Translations under genes and position numbers: made by a program
Virus record (IMG/VR): IMGVR_UViG_3300005264_000001
Location: 28,962-92,961 of that record
DNA from: a virus
Direction: 5' to 3' (one strand)
DNA: 64,000 nucleotides
In this document: positions 29,872-39,420 of the stretch, piece by piece
Numbering within the stretch: the first letter of the stretch is position 1
Layout of the letters: each line of letters begins with the position of its first letter
The notes under the pieces: generated by a model
Database searches by the model: none
Seen by the model: only the letters and a program-made list of their open reading frames with translations
Told to the model about the DNA's origin: nothing

Positions 29872-32316
29872 TCACTCATAAGGAATCCAAGAACACCTAC
29901 ATCCCCACTCATCAGTGATTAAAGGTTTTTTACCACTTAATAAGTCATCAATTAAAAACACATGTTTGTTAAGTTTCCTGTGGGAATTCCTAACTTTTTC
30001 GTCACGCCTCGTTCTGAGCTGTGCTCGAGTTAAGCCCAAATTTTTCCACTTTCTAAGTTTAATGATTGAACCAGCTGTTCTTGCTCCTTTCTTTATTACA
30101 ACATCAAATCTATTTACAATTCCACTCTTGTAATCATACTTTGTTCTAATCTGGTTTTTAATATCTTTAACATCAACACCACGTCCAACCATATCAGCTA
30201 TATCAGACATTACCATCTGTGAAACATTGTTTTTTGTTTGTTCTACACTTTGTAGTATAACGTCTTGCATGAGTCTCTGCTTGTCTGAGATGGTCTTTTC
30301 TCCTTTCTTGATAACTTTGTCGTGAGCTTCATTATCTACTCTAGGAATCGTTCCTACTTCGTTATTTACTATGATGTTGTGTTTAGTTAAGGCTCTCCCA
30401 ACACTTCTGTTTATTCTACTACCAAATATATTAAATTTCTTCTTTAATCCAGGGAAAAATGTATCACTCAAAAATCCTTCAGTTAAACATACAGGTATTT
30501 CTGTATTTAGACTTTCTTTTATTTTCTCTTTTTTATCTAACATAGAAATTATATCATCAATAAGAGTATTCCAATCTTTTTCAACATCATCTCCTACTCC
30601 ATCTAAAAGTTTGTCCTCTTCTGATTCTTCATCATCAAAGATTTCTTGTTCATCTAAAAGATGTTTAATTAAAGCATCATAAGTTTCTTTAGCTTGACTT
30701 ACACCTTCATCTACTCTTTCTACTTTATGTAATAGTAGGGATTGAAAAATTAAATAAGAATTTTCATCTTTAATTAATCTAACTACTATTCCTCCAATGT
30801 CCCTCTTACTGAGTTCTTTTGACTTGGAGGATAAACTAAAACCTGTTTTGTTATTTAGTTTATTTACTCTTTTACTAAATTCTTCATATGATTCATTACC
30901 ACCTAAACTTTCTGAAAATCCTTTTAAACTTTCTGTTTCATTAGTTTCTTTAGGAAGGTTTTTAGTATCTAATTCGATACCTTCAAACACTCCTAATTTA
31001 TTATAATAATCTACAATTTGCTCTCTTGTAATTACTCCTTGATTAATTAAACTATCAACTAAACTTGTATAGTCTTGAACGTTTCCACTTAATTGAGGTG
31101 TGTCAAATACAAATGTAGCATTAAATGGTACATTTTCTTTACCAAAATCTTTTCTTAATCTAGATAAGATAATTTCATTTAGATATTTTACAAGTGCTCC
31201 TTGTCTACTTTTCAATCTTAACATAAAAGCCGGCATTGCTTGTTCACTTCCCATTGTTGTAGCACTATCTGACCAAGGTGTTAAGTGTTGTGGTAATAAA
31301 CTCATAACAAGCATTCTTCTAACTAAATCAAACACTCCTTCCAATGTATCATAATTTCCACTTACTTTAATATCTTGTTCTAACATCTTTAGTGGGTAAG
31401 GTAAAATCTTAAAGGAACTTCCAGTATCAGCTAATTTGTCTTCAATATCTTCTTGAACTGGTTTACTCATTTGAAAACCTTTTCCATCTTTATCAAGTGT
31501 CATAATCTTTTGGTCAATAGCTTTATTTCTTGCGATTGTATCCCATGCTCCTATAATAGATGAATATACATTGAATGCATCAATTCCTGAAGCTAAAATA
31601 CTTCTACCATAAACATTATCACTTGAAAATCCTGTTGTTCTTAAATCCATTTCACCGTCTGAGATGTATACACCATATATTGTAAATCTCATAAATACAT
31701 TATTCTTAATATATCCTACTTGTATTTGTGTTGGTGTTTTAACTTTACCAGCGAACTTAAAACTAGTTTGTCCTTGTGGTGTCATTAAAATATATTTTTT
31801 TGAACCATCTTCATCTTCTAAATTTACAAATATACGAGACATATCATTATATGTTCCAATACCATTAAAGTATGTTTTACCATCATCTCCTTTCTTATAG
31901 AAGAATTGAACAGGTGCATTTCCAAAAATAGTGTTAGCTGTTTCCATTTGTTTAACTTCCTCAAGTAACCAACCTCTAGCATCTAACCAATCATTGATAA
32001 AATCTTCTGCCTTATCATTACCCTCAACAACAACTCTTAAATTATCATTTGAAATCAACATATCATTATACTGATTGATACCAGTTGATACAAGTGGACA
32101 AGTATTATACATTTCTAATTGTCTAATAAACTCATAATGAGGTGTTCTATCTTCTCCTTTATCTGTAACTCCTGGAGAGAATGTAAACGCACCTAAATCT
32201 GCTAGGTTTGTTATTTTAGTCTCCATGTTATTATTTTCCTTTATTGCTTCACTTATAAATACATCTCTATAAGTTAACGGTGCGGATTCTTTTATATCTT
32301 CTTTTATTGTTTCCAT
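29872..32316 (-). CDS. portal protein fused to MuF/SPP1 gp7-like head morphogenesis domain
   Basis: TIFGNA and YGRSILA portal motifs; C-terminal RTRRDEKVRNSH...GCRCS MuF motif. Confidence 0.8.
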   Translation of the reverse strand: METIKEDIKESAPLTYRDVFISEAIKENNNMETKITNLADLGAFTFSPGVTDKGEDRTPHYEFIRQLEMYNTCPLVSTGINQYNDMLISNDNLRVVVEGNDKAEDFINDWLDARGWLLEEVKQMETANTIFGNAPVQFFYKKGDDGKTYFNGIGTYNDMSRIFVNLEDEDGSKKYILMTPQGQTSFKFAGKVKTPTQIQVGYIKNNVFMRFTIYGVYISDGEMDLRTTGFSSDNVYGRSILASGIDAFNVYSSIIGAWDTIARNKAIDQKIMTLDKDGKGFQMSKPVQEDIEDKLADTGSSFKILPYPLKMLEQDIKVSGNYDTLEGVFDLVRRMLVMSLLPQHLTPWSDSATTMGSEQAMPAFMLRLKSRQGALVKYLNEIILSRLRKDFGKENVPFNATFVFDTPQLSGNVQDYTSLVDSLINQGVITREQIVDYYNKLGVFEGIELDTKNLPKETNETESLKGFSESLGGNESYEEFSKRVNKLNNKTGFSLSSKSKELSKRDIGGIVVRLIKDENSYLIFQSLLLHKVERVDEGVSQAKETYDALIKHLLDEQEIFDDEESEEDKLLDGVGDDVEKDWNTLIDDIISMLDKKEKIKESLNTEIPVCLTEGFLSDTFFPGLKKKFNIFGSRINRSVGRALTKHNIIVNNEVGTIPRVDNEAHDKVIKKGEKTISDKQRLMQDVILQSVEQTKNNVSQMVMSDIADMVGRGVDVKDIKNQIRTKYDYKSGIVNRFDVVIKKGARTAGSIIKLRKWKNLGLTRAQLRTRRDEKVRNSHRKLNKHVFLIDDLLSGKKPLITDEWGCRCSWIPYE

Positions 32317-32317
32317 T

Positions 32318-32752
32318 TTATTTTATCTTGTTTTTTATATCTTTAAGGTAGTCTGGTAACTCTCTTAATAAGAGAACTATTCCAACACAACACAAAAAGT
32401 TCCATATGTCAAAAATTCCTACTCTAAGGTTAAGTACACCAAGTAAAGCAAGACTTAATAATAAATCATATGTTATCTTTAATAAATATATTTTAAATAT
32501 TTTCTTTAATTTATCAGTTTTATCATTTTTAAAGTTTCTTAAATATAATTGAAACCAATATTTTTTATTAAAAATATATCTACTGCTTAGTTCTTTCCAA
32601 AATGCTTTCGTATTTAGAAAGGATATCTGTATCTCTTGTAAGCTGTTTTTTGAACGGAGCAACCATTTCTTTGATTCTCTTTTCAAAAGCTTCTTTAAAT
32701 TTATCTTCACCATTTTTTTCAATAACTTCAATATTTTTTTTAACAGTTTCAA
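32318..32752 (-). CDS. membrane protein, start uncertain
   Basis: Two C-terminal hydrophobic segments; all ATGs lie inside the upstream gene. Confidence 0.45.
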   Translation of the reverse strand: MKLLKKILKLLKKMVKINLKKLLKRESKKWLLRSKNSLQEIQISFLNTKAFWKELSSRYIFNKKYWFQLYLRNFKNDKTDKLKKIFKIYLLKITYDLLLSLALLGVLNLRVGIFDIWNFLCCVGIVLLLRELPDYLKDIKNKIK

Positions 32753-33098
32753 TCATTGCTTGAATCTCTGTTACTTCTTTAAAAAAGAATTCCTCAACTT
32801 GCTCATTAACACTTAAATTATACAAATCTTTCATTTCTTGTTCTTGTTTTTCTAGTTCAATTATTTGATTTTTGTATTCTTCTTTTTGTTGTTCAAATGC
32901 TTCAGAAGTATATTCTAATTCATAACCTTTAATACTATTTTGTAAACTCTCAATTTGTGCTTTTACAATTTTAGCATACTTCTTTAATTGTGTTCTACTT
33001 GTGAATTGTTTAAATCCATTTGTTAACTCAATGTTACCTTCTTTATCTACTTTTAATTCGTAGATGTCTTCATGTTTAATATCTCTTTCAGTTTTCAT
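32580..33098 (-). CDS. coiled-coil protein
   Basis: Glu/Lys heptad pattern. Confidence 0.6.
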   Translation of the reverse strand: MKTERDIKHEDIYELKVDKEGNIELTNGFKQFTSRTQLKKYAKIVKAQIESLQNSIKGYELEYTSEAFEQQKEEYKNQIIELEKQEQEMKDLYNLSVNEQVEEFFFKEVTEIQAMIETVKKNIEVIEKNGEDKFKEAFEKRIKEMVAPFKKQLTRDTDILSKYESILERTKQ

Positions 33099-33430
33099 TT
33101 TTCATCTGCTCCGTGATTACAAACCACTGTATAGTATCTTCCACACTCTTTACAAGTATACATACCATAATCTTTACTGTATAATGAGTTCTTCATTACA
33201 ATACCATAATAAGAAACCTTATCTACAACTACAAATTCATCAGATTCTAATACATTAATTGCATCTTTAAGTTTATTAACTTGTATATTCAACTTATCTT
33301 TAGAAGCTAATTGTATTTTAGTATTCTTTATTCTGTTGTACTTTTCTTCGAATGAATACAACTCTTCTTTTAATTTGGAGACAGTCTTGTCCCACTCAGA
33401 AATATCTTTCTTCATAAAATTAATATACAC
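33095..33430 (-). CDS. hypothetical protein with CxxC
   Basis: ORF; start uncertain. Confidence 0.5.
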   Translation of the reverse strand: MYINFMKKDISEWDKTVSKLKEELYSFEEKYNRIKNTKIQLASKDKLNIQVNKLKDAINVLESDEFVVVDKVSYYGIVMKNSLYSKDYGMYTCKECGRYYTVVCNHGADEK

Positions 33431-33564
33431 TAATCCTTTATAAACTTTTGCAAAAATTTCTAGAAATCCCTCTCATAGGACGTGTTCAAACTGATAATAA
33501 GAATTAATTTGTATTTATAAAGTTATTGATTCAAGAAAAGAAAGACTTATAAATAGATTCTAAT

Positions 33565-35403
33565 TCATCTATTCTTACGAAAGAATTTTATTCTTTCTCT
33601 AATGTTTTCAGGTTTGTTGAACTCTTTAATCTTTTCAACAGCTTGTTCTTCTGTGTCCTCTTCTTTCTTCTTGTATTTTCTAGCTATTGTAATCTCACCA
33701 GCGTGTTTTAAATCTTCAGGTAACAAAGCATACATTGTAGCCATACAACTATCTCCGTGACCGTTACTTGTTTTAAGTGGTTGAAAATCTCTTCCTGAAA
33801 TTGCCTGAAAGTGTTCTAAGTGAATCATGTCCTCAATAAGATTTAATTGTGTTCCTCTATCATCTAAACCATTTAACATTAACATTGTTAAAGTGTGACC
33901 ATATTCGTTTAATTTATACTTTAATCCACTATACGTTTCTATCGTATTCCCACCTTGAATTCCTCTAATGTGTTCAGTTCCATAGGTTGCTTCAAAATAT
34001 TGTGTCATTTGCCTTCCTATAGGTGTTGCATCGAATGTTGCTCTCCAATTAGAGTTACAAGAATCAATGTAATCAAACATAGGTTGTAATTTAGTTTGCA
34101 TCTCAGGTAATGGCATATTCTTGACATTCATTAAAAACAATTCATCTTTAATATTTCCATAGTGGCCAATCACACTCATGGAGAAAAAGTCTGATACAGT
34201 TGCTGGGTCTAATCCGATAGTTATTTTATCGTATTTCTCAAACTCAATGTATTTAAATTGTTCCTCTTCAACAAATTCTCTTATCATTCTTTCAATCATC
34301 AATGGTGTTTTATAGAACTGGTAATCATCATCAACTTGAATTCCCATCATCTCTTCCATGAACTTTTCAGGAGAAATACAAAAAGCTGTCCACAACATAT
34401 CTTTTTTATGCCATGGTACAATAGAGATTAAATCATCTCTATCTTGAAATGGTATTTTACAATCTCCACTTCTATATTCTTCAAATAAATCACGTCTAAA
34501 TACAGGCCAATCGAATATCTTAAAACCTTTATTACCTTTCTTTATGTTGTCTCTAATCTTACCTAACCAAGAAGCAAATACAGTATTACCTTTTAGTGTA
34601 GTACCAATTTCAAATTGTTTATAATCTCTTCCTTTAGAATCTGCTCCTTTATACGCTTTATCTAATGCTTCGAATAAATCCTCAAATGTTCTCATGAAGT
34701 TTGCCTCATCTAACATTCCCATATTACCTTGGATTCTCAATCCTCTCACATTCTCAGCTGCTGATGCTCCAGCAGGATATGCTTCCCAAATTACACCATT
34801 AGGAAATATAATTTTTGACTCAGCTTTCATATCACATTCAGCTGGATTAAACGGATAATATTCTAGTTTCTCGAATCTCTCAACTAAACCCTTATTCTCT
34901 AAACTTGTAATATCTCCTTCAAAATTATCTAAAGAACATTCTTTACCTGTTACTAAATCTCTTACATAGATTTCTTTTTCTATAATTGGATTCATGTGTT
35001 TAATAATATCTTTAGCCTGTTTTAATAACTTATTTGCTCCTTGTTTACCCATTCTGATAAAAGGAACTGTAACATTATGAAATTCAATAGTAGCCATTAT
35101 TTCACGTATAATACTAGATACAGTAAAACTTGTATTACGTGATTTAATTACAATAGAAGATTCTGCAAGTTCACCTAACAATGCAATATCGTTTAAGTGA
35201 TATTCTATTTGGTGATTAGTCATTTTATAATTATCCCAAATACCACTTCCTACATCTACTAAAAAGATTTCTTGTAATGTCCATAAGTAATAATCTGATT
35301 TCTCATCAGGAATTACCGGAGCTTCATACCATGATTCAAATGCTGATTCGTACGTAGAAATATATGTATTTTGTAAAATATTCGTTGATTGTGTCTTATT
35401 CAT
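33565..35403 (-). CDS. terL: terminase large subunit
   Basis: KSRNTSFT Walker A-like, VRG, MLDEANF Walker B, IGLDPA RNase H and HGDS motifs. Confidence 0.85.
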   Translation of the reverse strand: MNKTQSTNILQNTYISTYESAFESWYEAPVIPDEKSDYYLWTLQEIFLVDVGSGIWDNYKMTNHQIEYHLNDIALLGELAESSIVIKSRNTSFTVSSIIREIMATIEFHNVTVPFIRMGKQGANKLLKQAKDIIKHMNPIIEKEIYVRDLVTGKECSLDNFEGDITSLENKGLVERFEKLEYYPFNPAECDMKAESKIIFPNGVIWEAYPAGASAAENVRGLRIQGNMGMLDEANFMRTFEDLFEALDKAYKGADSKGRDYKQFEIGTTLKGNTVFASWLGKIRDNIKKGNKGFKIFDWPVFRRDLFEEYRSGDCKIPFQDRDDLISIVPWHKKDMLWTAFCISPEKFMEEMMGIQVDDDYQFYKTPLMIERMIREFVEEEQFKYIEFEKYDKITIGLDPATVSDFFSMSVIGHYGNIKDELFLMNVKNMPLPEMQTKLQPMFDYIDSCNSNWRATFDATPIGRQMTQYFEATYGTEHIRGIQGGNTIETYSGLKYKLNEYGHTLTMLMLNGLDDRGTQLNLIEDMIHLEHFQAISGRDFQPLKTSNGHGDSCMATMYALLPEDLKHAGEITIARKYKKKEEDTEEQAVEKIKEFNKPENIRERIKFFRKNR

Positions 35404-35446
35404 AACAAATAAAACTAAAAATTAGTTTTTAAATATATTTAAATAT

Positions 35447-36043
35447 TTAGTTATTATCTTGCTTTTCATATGTCTTAATAACATAATCAGTAGCGTCCTT
35501 AACAGATAACTTTTTTGTTGGTTTCATTTTTCCTGGTGCTCCTTTAAATAGATACCAACCCTCATTTTTAATGTTGTCAACCAATCTACCTTGTGAATCT
35601 CTTTTACCTGTATATTTATTTGATAAGTGAATCATAACAGCTTCATTTTTACCTGTCCAGTAAACACTATTTTCGTCGAGTGTGTCTTTTGCTTCTGTTA
35701 GATTATCAGATTCATCTAAACTTTCTTTAGACCACTTACTTTTGTTCTTTTTCAAATAATCTTTAGCATATTTATGTAAAACAGCTTCTGCTTTCTTTTC
35801 ATCAAAAATATCATATTGTTCAGGTGTTAATTTATCAGTAAATAGTGATATGTATTTGTCAGTATCTAATACAATACCATTTTTTCCACCATCTTCAAAA
35901 TGAGCAGCTTCTGCTGAATGTTGCAGATGTCTAATAACATCTGATACTTTTAAGATGTCTTTATAGTTAATACCTTTACTTTCTGTAAATTCTACAGCTT
36001 CAATTCTTTCTTCAATTCTTTCTAATCTTTCTTTTATTTCCAT
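35447..36043 (-). CDS. putative internal head protein
   Basis: N-terminal IKERLE motif; several [FL]xE/[SA] sites. Confidence 0.45.
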   Translation of the reverse strand: MEIKERLERIEERIEAVEFTESKGINYKDILKVSDVIRHLQHSAEAAHFEDGGKNGIVLDTDKYISLFTDKLTPEQYDIFDEKKAEAVLHKYAKDYLKKNKSKWSKESLDESDNLTEAKDTLDENSVYWTGKNEAVMIHLSNKYTGKRDSQGRLVDNIKNEGWYLFKGAPGKMKPTKKLSVKDATDYVIKTYEKQDNN

Positions 36044-36080
36044 TCTAATAATATAAATATATAGTCATTTATAAACTTTT

Positions 36081-36332
36081 CTATCCAAGAGTTGTTTTTC
36101 TTTTCTTTTTTGGTTCAACACCAAATCCGTAATCATCAAACTTGTCAAAGATTTGCTCAATCTTCTTTAACCAATCTTTTGCATAAGTCTTAACTTTTGT
36201 TTCATTCTCGAAATCTTTTACAAGTTTCTTAAATTGTGGTTCAAACTTAAATTTAAAAGTGGCTTCATTATCTGTAGCTTTCTTAGTATCAAATGTTTCT
36301 AAAATTGCATTTAACCTTTCCTTTGTCTCCAT
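36081..36332 (-). CDS. putative internal head protein
   Basis: N-terminal TKERLN motif; late-like promoter. Confidence 0.45.
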   Translation of the reverse strand: METKERLNAILETFDTKKATDNEATFKFKFEPQFKKLVKDFENETKVKTYAKDWLKKIEQIFDKFDDYGFGVEPKKKRKTTLG

Positions 36333-36364
36333 AAAATAAAAATAAATGATAATTGTTTTTAAAG

Positions 36365-37663
36365 TTATTTGAACAAGTCACTTACTTTTCTATATTGAGT
36401 TGTAGTGTGTCCTTTAATTGTTTTAGTTTCATACTTAAATCCTTTAAAACTCAAATCTTGATTAAACTTTCTTTGACTTAGAGATTCACCACTCCATTCT
36501 TTATAGATATTATATAACTCTTTATTACTTATAAATGTTAAACTTTTATCTATATAATTTGTTAGTATATCACCTTTTAAATCATAAGTCTTACAATAAT
36601 CAATAAACTGAGTTATTTCGTCTTTAGAGTTCTCTAATAATTGTCTTCTTGCTAAATTATCAAAAGGTTTATCTATCTCATCTCTTGTGACTTCTAAATT
36701 TAGTAGATAAGAATAAAAATGAGCACATTCTAATTCAAAAGCCTTAGTATCTTTCTTACTCAACCATTTACTTAAACCATTAAGAACTAGAACTTTATTT
36801 TCAAATACAGTATATCTTCTATCTGTTGAGTCTAGAATAACAGGCATATCATCATTCGTTGCTATAAAATAATTAATATAATTATCCGTTGTGTACTCTT
36901 GCACTCCTTTCTTATTAATAAGAATTGTTTCACTACCTATTAGATTTTTAAGTTTTGCTAAATCTTTTTCTTGTTTTATTTTAGCTTCATCTAATAATAT
37001 GATAAGTTTATTTTCTTGAACTTGTGTGAAACTACCACTTATATAATCACCATTAATTACGGTACATAGATTATTAAATATGTGTTTTAATATTTTGTCA
37101 AACAATAAACCTTTACCAGCCCCTTGTTCTCCTTTAAATATAATACTTCCAACTATTCTATCATCTGGATTAATAGTAATCCACGAGAATCTTTTATATA
37201 AGAAGTCTGTTTGTCTTTCAACATTACCACAAACATTAGTAGCAATAGCGTGTATCATAGGAAAGTCTTCTTTACTACTATCTTTATTAATTTTATGATG
37301 TTTCATAAAATAAGAATGTCTGTATGTATTTAAATATAAATTTCTATCGTTGTCTTCGAAATATAACTTATCAACTGGGTAAAACCCAACATTTTTAACT
37401 TCTTTAAAATTATCTTTAATATTAATATTTAACTTTTTTCTTAAACTATCAGATGTGTATGTAGGATTAACTACTTTCATTGCTACTACAACTTTATCAC
37501 AATCTTTCTTGAAATTTGTATATATCTTACTAGCGAGTGTTGTGGTCTTACCACGAACAATGTCACCTGTATTTGATAATAACACGTACCCATTATCACT
37601 TATATCGTCATTAATATCTACAAAAGTATATTTATTATTAATCTTTTCTAATAGATTATTCAT
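36365..37663 (-). CDS. SF3/D5-like (DUF5906-type) helicase ATPase
   Basis: GEQGAGKG Walker A, LLDEA Walker B, FIATN and DRRY motifs; AGGAGGT ribosome-binding site before the ATG at 37663. Confidence 0.8.
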   Translation of the reverse strand: MNNLLEKINNKYTFVDINDDISDNGYVLLSNTGDIVRGKTTTLASKIYTNFKKDCDKVVVAMKVVNPTYTSDSLRKKLNINIKDNFKEVKNVGFYPVDKLYFEDNDRNLYLNTYRHSYFMKHHKINKDSSKEDFPMIHAIATNVCGNVERQTDFLYKRFSWITINPDDRIVGSIIFKGEQGAGKGLLFDKILKHIFNNLCTVINGDYISGSFTQVQENKLIILLDEAKIKQEKDLAKLKNLIGSETILINKKGVQEYTTDNYINYFIATNDDMPVILDSTDRRYTVFENKVLVLNGLSKWLSKKDTKAFELECAHFYSYLLNLEVTRDEIDKPFDNLARRQLLENSKDEITQFIDYCKTYDLKGDILTNYIDKSLTFISNKELYNIYKEWSGESLSQRKFNQDLSFKGFKYETKTIKGHTTTQYRKVSDLFK

Positions 37664-37792
37664 AGTAAAATACCTCCTAATATAAATGATTGTAAACAAC
37701 CCATTATAATTATCAATAGTTTTATAAATAGAAGTTGATTCTTATATATTAAAGATGATAAAGAATTGGCGTTCTTATTATTATTTATCTTT

Positions 37793-38029
37793 TTAATCAT
37801 TGTTATTATTCTCCAACTTTACATAAACTTTACAATTCTCTGTATATTCTAGTTTATTTAATTCAACTAGTCCATCTAAAATATTCTTAACTGTTGGTAC
37901 TGACACATCAGTTCTTTCAGAAACATCTTTAACTACAAATACAGTTTCTGCACTTTCTTTTACAAACTTTAAAATAGTTTCAAAGTTTTCTTTTTTAGTC
38001 TTTTTAATTACCATATTAATAAGAATCAT
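37793..38029 (-). CDS. winged-HTH protein
   Basis: VKDVSERTDVSVPTVKNILDGL. Confidence 0.7.
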   Translation of the reverse strand: MILINMVIKKTKKENFETILKFVKESAETVFVVKDVSERTDVSVPTVKNILDGLVELNKLEYTENCKVYVKLENNNND

Positions 38030-38078
38030 TAATCCTTTTTAAATATATTGTCATTTTTCAATATAAATCATTATTTTA

Positions 38079-38375
38079 CAATAAAATTAATTAAGTCAAT
38101 AAAATTAATTAAGTTAATAAAAATATATAACTTAATAAAAATATATAAGTTTAAAAAGTTATATATTTAATAATTATGTAGTATTGACGTTCTACTACTT
38201 AAATTCTTTATTTTATTATATTAAATATTTAAATATATAAATAAATAGAGTTAACACAAAAATATCATAAAATAAATAAACACAAAAATTTTATATATTT
38301 AAATATTTAATAGTTAAATCTAAGAATTCGTATGTTACAGCTTGTGTATTATCATATATAAATTATATATGATAA
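38079..38375. repeat. AT-rich region with four 18-bp tandem repeats and inverted repeats
   Basis: CAATAAAATTAATTAAGT x2 then TAATAAAAATATATAA(C/G)T x2; inverted repeat of about 23 bp at 38219/38312; hairpin at 38350-38374. Confidence 0.75.
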
Positions 38376-38394
38376 ATATTTTAAAGTTATTTAT

Positions 38395-38922
38395 CTAAAA
38401 TTTGTGTTTTACTTGTATGTCTGCAATTATCTTACTATTAACATTAAGTTCATTATAAACTTTAATTGTGTTTTGTAAATATCCTACGATATCAAGTAAA
38501 TTTAACTTACTTACAAATTCTTTTTCTTCGTATTTCATCATTTCACCATTAAAATTTAAAACTTCTTGGGCTAATTTAGAATGATGTTTTATAAGCATCA
38601 TATCATAGTTAGGACAATGCATGTCTAAAATTTCATCTCTAATTTCTGACATAATATCGTGTGTTTCATTATATTCATCTGTACTTATACTATTTGAAAA
38701 GTAAATAGGGCAAGATTGATACCAATAACCCATTGCCGTTTTTCTTGCATAAGACATAGTGACCAATCTTACAAATAAAGCTCTATCTTCTAGTAAACTA
38801 TTAACTACTTTATGTTGAGCTAACAAAACATTTACTCTATTAAATTTCTCGTAACAATATGTTTTAAATTTAACTTCCCTATCTTCCAAATCTCGTTTAA
38901 ATTCTTCTTTATTATATGTCAT
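38395..38922 (-). CDS. hypothetical protein
   Basis: 175-aa ORF. Confidence 0.6.
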   Translation of the reverse strand: MTYNKEEFKRDLEDREVKFKTYCYEKFNRVNVLLAQHKVVNSLLEDRALFVRLVTMSYARKTAMGYWYQSCPIYFSNSISTDEYNETHDIMSEIRDEILDMHCPNYDMMLIKHHSKLAQEVLNFNGEMMKYEEKEFVSKLNLLDIVGYLQNTIKVYNELNVNSKIIADIQVKHKF

Positions 38923-38924
38923 TT

Positions 38925-39098
38925 TTAATCACAACTCCTTAATCTTTGAAATGTGATGATAAAGTTTTTATCATCATTATCAATCTTATGAACAGAAGTA
39001 TCATATTGACTCATTGTGTATTTTTCTTCATATTCATCAATAGTTAAATCTAAATCTGCATCTTTACTTACTTTTATTATTTCTTTTATCTTTGTCAT
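38925..39098 (-). CDS. hypothetical protein (start re-assigned)
   Basis: ATG 21-22 nt after an early TATA. Confidence 0.55.
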   Translation of the reverse strand: MTKIKEIIKVSKDADLDLTIDEYEEKYTMSQYDTSVHKIDNDDKNFIITFQRLRSCD

Positions 39099-39120
39099 AA
39101 TAATAGTAATACTCTTACCT

Positions 39121-39420
39121 TTATAAAGATTTGTATTTAAACCCATAAATATATTTAGATGAACTCTTTGAATTTTCCCAATTATCACAAGTACGATATT
39201 GTCTTACTTTGCTAATATTATTTGCTTTATTAAATTCCTCAATCTTGTCTTCAGGAAGTGTTATTTTTCTCTTATGTGAAATTACAATTAAATATCTACA
39301 TCCCATTATCACCTCAAAATTAAAATATAATCTTTCAAAAAATGTATAGTTGATATTAAAATACTTACATATATCTTCAGGAGTTATTTCAACAATTTCC
39401 TCTATCTTAATCTTAGCCAT
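39121..39420 (-). CDS. hypothetical protein
   Basis: TAATG coupling to rtcB; its stop is the TATA of the next promoter. Confidence 0.55.
   Translation of the reverse strand: MAKIKIEEIVEITPEDICKYFNINYTFFERLYFNFEVIMGCRYLIVISHKRKITLPEDKIEEFNKANNISKVRQYRTCDNWENSKSSSKYIYGFKYKSL

Noticed and set aside
33565-35403. Intein in the terminase (short insertion near EKEIYVRD...LEYY)
   Set aside because: Only about 40 aa, without the C/S...HN intein termini
3709-37685. Plus-strand shadow ORFs in the track (for example 3709, 4450, 10695, 20518, 25192, 29322, 30371, 37080)
   Set aside because: Antisense to well-supported genes, Ser/Leu/Ile/Phe-rich composition, no promoter
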